Shown here: one piece after another, positions 49,401-60,195 of the stretch
Position numbering within the stretch: position 1 is the stretch's first letter
Layout of the letters: each line of letters starts with the position of its first letter
NCBI RefSeq assembly: GCF_037042905.1
Contig: NC_087250.1
Span: 17,672,001 to 17,736,000, forward strand
Origin: Lytechinus pictus
Taxonomy: Eukaryota
Reading direction: 5' to 3'
Length of the DNA: 64,000 nt
Made by a program: the position numbers and the translations under genes
Notes under the pieces: generated by a model
What the model was told of the DNA's origin: nothing
The model's input: the letters and a program-made list of their open reading frames with translations, nothing else
The model's database searches: none

Positions 49401-50347
49401 TATTTAATAAATAATGGCATTATTTAATAAATAATGGCATTATTTAATAAATAATGGTTATTTGTATATAAATAATGATTATTTGTATATAATGGCAAAC
49501 TGTAAAAATTGTTTATAAATAATGATTAATGGGATATTGAAACAAAATTATTATTTATAAATAATGAAGTAGATATTTCATTATTTAACAAATAATCTTT
49601 ATTTATAAATAATGGAAAACTCGAACATTAAATAATGATTATTTATAAATAATGAGAATAATGGTGCACTCGAAAAAATTATTTATAAATAATGAAGTAG
49701 ACGTTTTCATTATTTAACAAATAATCATTATTTATAAATAATGGAAAACTCAACAAATTATTTATAAATAATGAAAAACAAATAATCATTATTTATAAAT
49801 AATGAAAAACAAATAATCATTATTTGTAAATAATGAAAAACAAATAATCATTATTTATAAATAATGAAAAACCAATTATCATTATTTATAAATAATGAAA
49901 GACAAATAATCATTATTTATAAATAATGAAAAACAAATAATCATTATTTGTAAATAATGAAAAACAAATAATCATTATTTATAAATAATGAAAAACAAAT
50001 AATCATTATTTATAAATAATGAAAAACAAATAATCATTATTTGTAAATAATGAAAAACAAATAATCATTATTTATATATAATGAAAAACAAATAATCATT
50101 ATTTATAAATAATGAAAAACAAATAATCATTATTTATAAATAATGGAATGTCGAACTATTATTATTTACAAATAATGAAGTATTACTTGGAATTATATAT
50201 AAATAATTAGAAATGATATTTTATATAATAGTAGTTATTTACAAATAAAATGTAAATTATATATAAATAATAGTTATTATTTAATAAATAATGATTATAT
50301 AACAAATAATTGTTCTATATAATATTGGTACATTCGGCGTCTCATAG
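46431..50347. mobile_element. 3.9-kb foldback element / giant palindrome, non-coding
   Basis: CTATGAGGCGCCGAATG...CATTCGGCGTCTCATAG; arms are reverse complements up to a loop of about 9 nt near 48383-48391; TTAG direct repeat on both flanks; mirrored ORFs 47996+ and 48538- give the same peptide. Confidence 0.9.
46632..47050. repeat. 31-bp tandem array with an 18-bp palindromic core (left arm; mirrored at about 49730-50145)
   Basis: Unit CATTATTTATAAATAATGATTATTTGTTTTT. Confidence 0.9.
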
Positions 50348-50399
50348 TTAGCGACAGCGAGAAATGACCAGTTTTTCTTCCTGAATTTTAGGTTACAGC

Positions 50400-53338
50400 C
50401 ATAGAGATGTATACTAACTACGCTAGAGTGCGGAGTCGCCATAGGCGCGCGTACTTAACGTCTGTGATTGTGTGGAGCGTGGCGGCCATTGCTCGATAGG
50501 TATAGATTCGCAAAAGTACCCGGATGTACCCATAGCTCGTGCGTTGTAACGCTGTGAAAAGGGGTGCCGTCCCCGGGGTGCCGTCTCCGGCCTTTTTCTT
50601 GAAGAAAAAAACACAACCTCATAAAAATCGAAAATATGAATGACAAATTGCATCTCAATACACTATTAGAGTGATTACATGGGGATTATGCTATTAATTT
50701 GGCATTTTAAAAACCTGATTTCTCGGGATGAAATTCTAAATAATTTGCATTTACCTGTCCGTTTATATAGGCCTGTAATAGATAACAATGTTGAGATACT
50801 ATCATATAAACAATCATATAAAAATAAAAACATACAGCGGACATTAATAGAAAGATTGACAATTAATTCAAAAGACTGCAGTGAATTAGCCCTTCTCTGG
50901 ATTTCCCTACCTTTAACTGCATCGTCCTCCTTCCATCCTTCCCATGCACATTTACGTCCTTTGATTCTATGTTTATGTTGGATATAATTTTGTAATTTCT
51001 ATATAGGCCTACATGATATGTAACTTGCTTTAATTTGTATGAAATATAGGCCTATCATTTTTATATATTAAGTTGTACAATAATTCTGTATAAGTTAGTG
51101 TTTTGATCTACATGCGCTATTAAAGGGCATCTCATTATTGTTCTTGGTGAGCCTCCCGTTACACCATCAATGTTGAAATTTGTGTTATTTGGTGAACGTG
51201 CTGATTTTGTTCTTATAGGAACATAATAAATTCCCCAAAATCTGCAGGCCTATATGGCCCGAAAATAAAATATTGATTTAAAATGTCGAGAATATAGCCT
51301 AATTTGTTCAAACTTTTCAAAAATGACAGTTTTAATTCCCTTCTCTTTAAGTTAGATTTGTTTTAATTCGCTTTTTAGGGGCCGTGTGTGCAATTAAAAT
51401 AACAAACACACCTAAGCAAATTCGCTTTAACATACTGATCAAAATAAAATACAGGGGGCGCGACCGGACCCCTCCCTGAAATGAAAATGAACATTTCACA
51501 TAATAAATGATTGTGATTTTATGCACCCCATCACTTTCAAAATCATTCCGCGACGCCGTAATTAACATAATATAATAATTTTGTTCATCCATGGAAATCT
51601 TATTTAAAAAAAACTGATCGAATAACCAAACTCAGGTCCATAGGCCAGCAAATGACATTAAAGGAAGAAAACTAGAAAATCAAATTCAGTTATACTTTTA
51701 AAATGAAAAACAAAACTGGATATTCAAAACGCGTGTTTATCTGTTTATATGTTAGGCCGGTGCCAGTGCTTACAAATATTTGCCATAAAATTCATTTATT
51801 CAAGCGACACAGACACAGTTAATTAACACAATTTCAAGGCAGGTATCAAATTTGAGATTAAATTAGGATTTTTAATATCTTATTCCAAGTATTGTCACTT
51901 TTGCAATATTATTGTTTCATAATATGTTTGGTTTTAGTACTCACAATTTTGCAACCGTTTTCATAATTATGATAAGTTTGCATTGATGTCTTTCATGATA
52001 TTAGTTTTATACACTCTTGCAGTAGTAATAATATTCTTTATAGTATAATACAAATTATATATCATAATCCCGCCCCTTTTCTTCTCTCCTTCTCCCCCTT
52101 CTTCCTCTCCTTATTATTCTATCCTTGATTTGTTCACATGATATTGGTCCAATCATTATAGGATCAGAAACAACGGCGATAAACAAAATATTTCAGCCAG
52201 TTTGCCGATCAGCATATTTTCAGCCGGGGAGAATCAAGTCTATACTTTCCAGAAAATCAAAGTAAAATTGTTTTGCGCATTGTGATTTGTTTACTCTCCG
52301 AAATTTTAAAATGTTTGCAAGGCAATAACACTGTACATAAACATCCAACCCCCCATTAGGCCTCCTGTACATTGCAAAATTGTACGACTGCATGCGCGCA
52401 TTTGATATGCAAATTTTGCTGTCAACAAACTTTTCTATACATTGATCGCAAACTTGTAAGAAAGTATACTTTTATATACATATTTATAAATATGATGGGA
52501 TGGTTGCCAGCAAAGGAAATCTAAATCATCAATTTTTAACTGAATCAATGCGTAAATCATTTCCAAATATCAATAAAAAGTCATTTTATGATTCGCGAGT
52601 TTTTGTGATGTTGGTTTACATCAGCGTGTAAGACATGGGGAAAAGGGATCGAGTTATTATAGGCCCTATTGTGTAGATATATATGGAAAATGAATTATAA
52701 CAATTATCTAAGGTGAAGAAATAAATTATCAGCAATCAGCATAATAGTAATTAGGAAACTATGAACTATAAAAATACAATCGTGGTTTTTTTTTTCGATA
52801 CAGCGTCTCAGATGCATCAGACACTGTGATATGGCCTATGAATTTTCTTAGGTTAATGTACATCAAATCATATTAAAACACATTAAATTTATTTATCAGG
52901 ACCTAGGCCTAAATGTTATTTTTGATATTCATCTCTTCCAAATCATTAGAAAATAGAAGTCATATTAATGTATCGAAATTTTACCTAAGCAAAAACAATT
53001 GGGACTTTAAATCGTTTGCCTGTATTATAGCTGTATCGGCCTATATATTATGCGCTATAGATAGGCCTATATAGGCCTTTTGACCTCAGTTTTGCTAGAT
53101 TTTTGTTGTATTTGAACTTTAATCCAGTGCAATATTTACAATTTTGCTTTTCCATATGCTTTCGTGCTCATATATCATCAATTTGTCATGTTCTGTGCTC
53201 ATCCGTGTACATGCCCCATAGGTACTGTACGCTCATGGCAGGCTGCGAATACCTATCGAGCAATGGCGGACGGTCTCCACGTAATCACAGCGATTTGACG
53301 AAGTACGCCCTCTAGCGTTACTAGTATACATCTCTATG
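50400..53338. mobile_element. Non-autonomous P-superfamily-like element
   Basis: CATAGAGATGTATACTA...TAGTATACATCTCTATG; 8-bp TSD GTTACAGC at 50392-50399 and 53339-53346; inverted subterminal GCCATTGCTCGATAGGTAT; no long ORF. Confidence 0.8.
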
Positions 53339-53346
53339 GTTACAGC

Positions 53347-53520
53347 CCGATAGACCGCGGGTCCGATAGACCGCGGGTCCGATAGTCCGCGGGTCCGATA
53401 GACCGCGGGTCCGATAGTCCGCGGGTCCGATAGACCGCGGGTCCGATAGTCCGCGGGTCCGATAGACCGCGGTCCGATAGACCGCGGGTCCGATAGTCCT
53501 CGGGTCCGATAGTCCGCGGT
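53347..53520 (+). repeat. 16-bp tandem array CCGATAG(A/T)CCGCGGGT, about 11 copies (7 inverted copies at 59178-59288)
   Basis: Counted directly. Confidence 0.95.
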
Positions 53521-53726
53521 GTGTGTAAAATTATGGTCAGGATATAGTGAGATCCAATGCCATCAAGAGGTCAAAAGGCCAATGATACGAGTCCATGGGG
53601 TTCTATAACGATGACCCAAAGGACAATCGCCCCCTGACATCTACTTCAAGGAAAATATTATCCCCATATTTTTATCGTCAGGGACTGTTACCCCCCCCCC
53701 CCCGGAAATTTACCCTCTAGACGCCA

Positions 53727-54352
53727 TACGGAGCCTCTAAAATGCCATCGACTTGACGACATGGCGAGATAATTTATCTTGCCATGTCGACTAAATAAGC
53801 TTATTAGGTCCGCATGGCGAGATATTTTATCTTGCCAAGTCGACTTAAATAAGTTACATGTCAACATAGCGATATATCGGGATTCTCGCCGGGACTTGTA
53901 CACTTCATATCTCGCCATGTGGACATATCGACTTGACAAGATAGAATATATCGGTATGTCGAAATAATAAGCGTATTAATTACTTAGGCGGCGGAAGCGG
54001 GGGGGGGGGGGACCTTTCCCCCCTAAATTGGAGGTGGGGGACGGTCCCCCCTAGATTTTTAGTTGAGAACCTTTTTTTTTGCTTGTCAATTTGTTTTCTA
54101 CGTTCCCCCCCCTAAATTGAGGTGGACCCCCCCTAAAATCTTTTTGTCCCCCCCCCTAATTTTGGTTGATAACCTTTTTTTTCTTGTCAAAAAATTTTGG
54201 TGGTCCTTCCTATAAATTTTGGTTGACTTGCTTGTCAAATTTTTTACCTGTGTCCATCCCAAAATTTCAGGTGGACCCCCCTAATTTTTTTTTGCCTTCC
54301 GCCGCCGATGATTAATTAAGACATGGCAAGATGGCATTTCCAAGGCTCCGTA
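53727..54352. mobile_element. Unclassified TIR element (TACGGAGCC termini)
   Basis: TACGGAGCCTCTAAAATGCCATC / GATGGCATTTCCAAGGCTCCGTA; internal GACATGGCGAGATA repeats; related fragments at about 63700 and 63880; no clear TSD. Confidence 0.7.
53983..54310. mobile_element. hAT-like MITE nested in 53727-54352
   Basis: CTTAGGCGGCGGAAG...CTTCCGCCGCCGATG; TSD ATTAATTA at 53975-53982 and 54311-54318. Confidence 0.85.
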
Positions 54353-54504
54353 CTAGGGATAATTATCCGGGGTAATTGTCTGGAGGGTAAATTTCCGGGG
54401 GGGGGGGGGGTATCAGTCCCCGGCGGTAAAAATATGGGGATCATATTTTCCTTGAAGTAGTGGTCATGGGATGATTGCCCTAATTTGGTTATTGTTATAG
54501 AACC

Positions 54505-57500
54505 CAGGCGTGGATCCAGGATTTCGTGGGGAGGGGGGGGGGGGCAAATTTGACCTGATTTTTGGCGCCCATATGTGTACTTTTCGAAGAAAAAAAGCGC
54601 CCACTCCCTCCCGGGAAGGCTAAATTAAGTGCCTTAAATGGATTTTTTTTTTTTTTTTGGGGGGGGGGGGTTCAATTTGGTTTAACTTCTAACCAGAGTA
54701 GGCCCTACTAGAATATTGTGTGAACGGGAGCTGTAGTTTCTGTACTGTTGTGTTAGAATACCCTTCAATAATATTAATGATAACCTCTTGGGAATAATGC
54801 AATCTCGAAGCAATCGACTAATTATCCTCATCAGTGGCGTATTTATTCAGCATGTGTGCACGGGGGGGGGGGGGGGGTGGCGAGGGCACCGAGTTAAAAA
54901 AAAAATGAAATGGGGGGGGGGTAGACCTCAAAGAAAATCTGAAATTTCATTCTTAAAAACAAATTGAGGTATCTCACAAGGCCTAAATAAATAACGAGAA
55001 CGCGAAGCGCGATCTTTTTTAAAATAGATTTTTCATGTATTATATCCTGAAAGCCTAAGTCAGGGGCGGACCCAGCTTCCGCCATTAGGGTGAGGGGCCA
55101 TTTTTTCACCCATATTTTTCCCGATCGGCCGCTCAAAGTTGATTTTTTTTTTCTTTGAAGGGGTTGTCCCAGTGCCGTAATGAGCCAACAATTTCGAGGG
55201 GGCTCGATATGGTGTATCGCATAAAATTAATAAGAAGTTGCCAGTGAGCGAAGCGAGCAAGCAAATATGCTGACATTTTTATTACAAAAATACAAGGTTG
55301 TGATAGATTTTGACATAATATTTGGAAAAAAAATATATTATATTTCATCCTAATCCCTTTCCTTTTCTCTCTATTTTTTCTTAGTCTTGATTCTCTCTAT
55401 TTTTTTTAACAGTCATTTCCTAGCTTTACTTTATAAGCAACATAAATGTGTAATAATCTCTTAAGCCCTATGTAATCTAAAAATGAAATTTCATGTATTT
55501 TGTCCTGAAAATTGAACATTTTGGGCAATGTTTGTGAACCTGAACAGGACGCGTATGTAACTAGATAATTACCACGAGCGCGAAGCGCGAGCAGAAATGT
55601 TAAATATTCGTTCTGGCCTGGTCGAAAAGGGACCAGTTAAAGATGTTTTGCAGTTAGCCATTAAGACGATACACATTTCAACGGTTAAATAATGCGAGCG
55701 CGAAGCGCGAGCTGAAAATTTTTGATATTCGAACCTAAAAAGATGAGATTTCAAATCCCCCAATGGGACATTCGATTCATGTTTGTCAATCATGAAAAAG
55801 GATGGGTAATTTTTGGTATCTCCCTACAATAATAATGCGAGCGCAAAGCGCGAGCTGAACATTTTTGATATTCGAACCTAAAAAGATGAGATTTCAAATC
55901 CCCCAATGGGACATTCGATTCATGTTTGTCAATCATGAAAAAGGATGGGTAATTTTTGGTATCTCCCTACAATAATAATGCGAGCGCAAAGCGCGAGCAG
56001 AAAATTTTGGATATTCTGATTTGAAACTGGATAATTTTAGCACGTTTTGAATAAGATCAAGCTTTGTATCTCAAAAAACATGCGTGCACGTGTTTTAGAG
56101 TTAGACAGAATCCTAGCAATCTGAATACATTTCATTTTTCATCATAAAAATCAATAATGCGAGCGCAGAGCCCGAGCTGGAAATAATATTTGAAATTCCG
56201 ATATGAAAAGGGTCAATTTAAGCACTGTTTACAGCACTGTGTATATAGGGAAATTTGATAGCACTATATAAATAATGCGAGCGCGAAGCGGGAGCTGATA
56301 TTTTATTATTTATTTGACCTAGGATCGAGACATTTTAGGCCTAAGGACATTTTGTCATCATATAAGAATGATGACTATCTTCTATTTTTTTTCCTAAAAC
56401 TTGTTGATATTTATTTCTGAAAAAGGGACAATTTAGTTATTATGAATTCATACAAATCTTATTTCATATTTATTAATCTGTTAAGCCTAATGAGTGTGTG
56501 AAATTTGTTGACAGTGCATGAAGCCAGAAAACTTGATATTTTAAGTATTTTTGTAATCATAAATAGGATTCATTGGTTGATATATTTTTAGCAAATAATG
56601 CGAGCGCAAATTGCGATCCGGAATTTCTTAATGGGGGGATTTAAGTAGTTTGTTATAGAATTAATATATAGGTATACATAACTCACCAATCAAAATGCGA
56701 GCGCGCAGCGCTGGTTCATAGGCCTTTATTATTTTTTTTACAATCGAGACACCTGAAAAGGTATATTTAGATAATCTTATATGAAATATAAAAAGACAAT
56801 AGGTAGGCCTACTTGGCAAATAGTGCGAGCGCACAAAATGTTGCAAATGTTGATTCAAACCATAAAACGGACATTTTCCAGAGCACTTAAAAACATAAAT
56901 TGGTAAATAAAACAAAATAATGAAAGGTCAATGTCCGAGCTGATTTTTTTTTTGTATATTGATATAAAAACTTGATATTTCAAACTACATATCAGCCTAT
57001 TGAGCAAAATATGTATCTCATTGAACAGGCAATGCGAGCGCGATGCGCGAGCGAAACTTTAATATAGTGACATTAAATATTTTTAAAAATTGTTTTCCAA
57101 GTCTTCTCCTGACCTTATTTTATTCACTCGTCTTCCTCCTTTTATGTTTTGTCTTCTTTTTTTCTCCTTTCTTTCCCCCTTTTTTCTTTCCCCGTTTTTC
57201 ACAATTTATTTGCTCTGTCAATAGGGGGGAGGTTGCCCTCGGGCCGCCTCAATCTGCCAATGTTAGTAGTTGTTATGATGAACACGATGCATATCTATTA
57301 AGAAATGAATGCGACCGCGAAGCGCTAGCTGAAAACTTTTATAATGATGAAATGAAAAATACATTTTCAGTTGTCAGGTTAGAATATCAAATATTTTCAG
57401 CTTGTGCTTCTCGTTCGCATAAAAAACTGTAAGGTCGGGATGCGTATATAACTAAACAATGTATTGATGCCAGCGCGAAGCGCAAGCTCAATTTTTTATA

Positions 57501-59097
57501 TACTGACTTAAGAAGGACTAAGGTATAATTCCTATTCTAATTGCTTGTCCTTTTTCTCTTCCTTTTTTCTGTTTCTTACCCCTTTTTTGCGCCACCATGG
57601 GGGGGGGGGGCAAAATCTTTGCCCCCTAGATCGGCCTATGTATGTTGACTTGAAAAACACTAATACTTACATGTGGGATTGAAGCAGAGGATGAATACCT
57701 CGTTAATCAAATATTACGAGCGCGTAGCGCGAGCTGAATTTGATAATAACCCTTTTTTGTGACCCTGAACAGTGTATCTTTCTCGCTAAACAGACTTAAA
57801 ACTCGAAAACATTGTTTTTTCTGTTATCGTAAAAACGGGATATTTTAATTCAGCCGCATTAATTTAAGTTTTTTGGGCAGGACATATATTTCACTATAAA
57901 CAGGCAATACGAGCAATGTTGCACCCCCGGTCGAAAATGAATTTGCATGAAGCCCCCTATTAAAGTTCAAGGTCAATTTGGCGCCCTCGGTTGAACATAA
58001 ACTTGGCGCCCCCATGTGAAATATAACTTTGTCCTCCCTCCCCCTCTCTGAAACATGTATTTGACGCATTATGGTCAAAATTCAAATTAGCGCTCCTCAA
58101 GTTCGAACATCAATTTGGTGCCCCGCTAGATCGAACATCAATTCAGCGCCCCATAGTTTGAACGTCATTTTGGCGCCATCAAATCGACGTCCAGGTCAAC
58201 ATCTCCCTCTTCCGTTTCCCATCTCCTTTTCTTTCTTTTTTCTTTCTCTTATCCTCATTCCCCTTCCTTCCTTTCTCTTTCTTTCCCCCTCTTCTTTTCC
58301 CCCTTTTCTTCTCTTTCCCCCCATCTTTTCTTTCCCCCTTTTCTTCTCTTTTTCTGTCTTTTCTTTCCCTCTTTTCCTCTCTCTCTCTTTTCTCGTTTTT
58401 CCTCTCTTCCCCCTTACTCTCTCTTTTTTCTTCTCTTTTCCTCTCTTCTTCTCTCTCTCTCTCTTCTTATCTTTCTTCCCATCTTCCTCTCTCTTTAAAT
58501 ATTATTCTCTTCCTCTTTTTTTCTTCTTCTTTTCCCCCTTTTCCTTATTCTGTTCTTTTCTTTCTTTTCCCTCTTCCACTTTTTTCTCTTTCCCCCTTTA
58601 CTTCTCCCTTTTTCTTTTTCTTTCCTTTCCCTCTTTTTTCTCTTTTAATCTTTTTTTTCTTCTCTCCCTCCCCTTCCTCCCTCTCTCTCTCTTTCTTCTC
58701 TACTTTTCCCCTCTTCCTCTCTCTCTCTTTTTTCTTATCTTTCTTCCCATCTTCCTCTCTATTTAAATATTCTTCTCTTCCTTCCTCTTTTTTTTTCTTT
58801 TTCCTCCTTTTCCTTTCTCCTTTCTTTTCTTCTTTTCCTTTTCCCTCCTCTTTTTTTTACTCTTCTTTCCCCTTTTCTTCTCCATTTTTTTCTTTGTCTT
58901 TCCTTTCCCCTTTTTCTTATCTTTTTTTCTTCTCTTCCTTTCTCCTTCTTACTCTCTTTTCTATTCTCTTCTTTTCCCATCTTCCTCTTTTTTTATTCTC
59001 TCCCTTTTCCCCTCTTCCCCCCTCTTTTATGAGCTGGGGGTGAGGGGGGGGGGGGGGTGAGGCAGTTCCCCCTCGGCCCCCCATGGATCCGCACCTG
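54505..59097. mobile_element. 4.6-kb non-autonomous hAT-like element, probably composite
   Basis: CAGGCGTGGATCC...GGATCCGCACCTG; TSD ATAGAACC at 54497-54504 and 59098-59105; extra hAT-like ends inside at about 54832 and 55061. Confidence 0.85.
58202..59030. repeat. About 830-bp polypyrimidine (CT-rich) tract
   Basis: Almost purely C/T on the + strand. Confidence 0.95.
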
Positions 59098-59735
59098 ATA
59101 GAACCCCATGGCTTCGTATCATTTGACCTTTGGACCTCTCGATGACATTTGATATATCTGATCGTAATTTTACACACACTGCGGACTATCGGACCCGCGG
59201 TCTATCGGACCCGCGGACTATCGGACCCGCGGTCTATCGGACCCGCGGTCTAACGGACCCGCGGTCTATCGGACCCGCGGTCTATCGGGATGTCCCCGAA
59301 TTTTAGGACTTTCAATATCGGGGAAGAAAGCTCTCTCCTAAAATCGACTTTTTAACAATCGATTCAAACTATTAGTCGTTCAAATAAAAGGAATCAAGTT
59401 CTGAAGAATGTTTTTAGCAATTTCTATCATAGTATAAAAATAAAATTTTATTACTTTTAAACTGTTATGCCTTAATCATAATTTTTTAACTCCCTTGACA
59501 TAATCATCATAATTCAAATGAATTTGCAACACACACTGTTTTAAATATACAATAATCTATAAAGACCAATCTATTAATTCTTGACAAATTGAGAATATGT
59601 TATTTCTATATTATCCAAATTTTGGCATGGGCTCCACACCATCATGGTTGAAAGTCCATTGATTCACACCAAACATTCTAAAAACAAAGTGATCAAACCA
59701 AAGAATCAAGGTACTGCTTTGATTCTAATCTCGAA

Positions 59736-60195
59736 CAGTACATCCACTCTTCCGGGAATCCAGGAAATTCCAGGAAGTTTTGCTATTTTCCATTTTTATT
59801 CCAGGAAGTTTTCCAGGAAGTGAGAAATTCCAGGAAGTATATCATTTTCGAGAATTATATTATATTATCTGAATATTTTGTCAAAATCTATCATAAACTG
59901 ATAAAATTGGATCTTTATTATTAAAATGAAATTTTTTTTGCTCGCTCGCTTCGCTCGCTCGCAACTCTTTATAAACTTTGCCCGTTATGTCATGTTTCGC
60001 CAATACGCCCCCTCAAAATTTTTGGCTCAATTACGGCACTGGGCCCTATATATTTCATTTTTTGTGTGTATAGAAGAGAATGATAACTTATGGAAGACTG
60101 GAGATCCGTTCAGAAAATTCCAGGATATTTTGTAAAATTCCAAGAACTTTCAGAGTGAATTCCAGGAAGTTCCGTTTTGAAAAGTGGAAGCACTG
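59736..60195. mobile_element. TIR MITE with 7-bp TSD (P- or hAT-like)
   Basis: CAGTACATCCACT...AGTGGAAGCACTG; TCTCGAA at 59729-59735 and 60196-60202; internal TTCCAGGAA repeats. Confidence 0.7.

Larger units (their letters stand above)
50391..59297. mobile_element. Foldback (TU-like) element with tandem-repeat outer TIRs, expanded by nested insertions
   Basis: Ends GGTTACAGCCCGATAG (after removing the insert) and CTATCGGGATGTCCCC; TSD GAATTTTA at 50383-50390 and 59298-59305; 16-mer arrays at both ends; matching inner TIR domains. Confidence 0.8.

Noticed and set aside
55570..57740. CRISPR-like repeat-spacer appearance
   Set aside because: Eukaryotic context, degenerate repeats, long partly homologous spacers, no cas genes, and it lies inside a TIR element
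58071..58766. 231-aa F/L/S/P-rich, apparently membrane-like ORF
   Set aside because: Translation of a polypyrimidine tract, which lacks stop codons by composition
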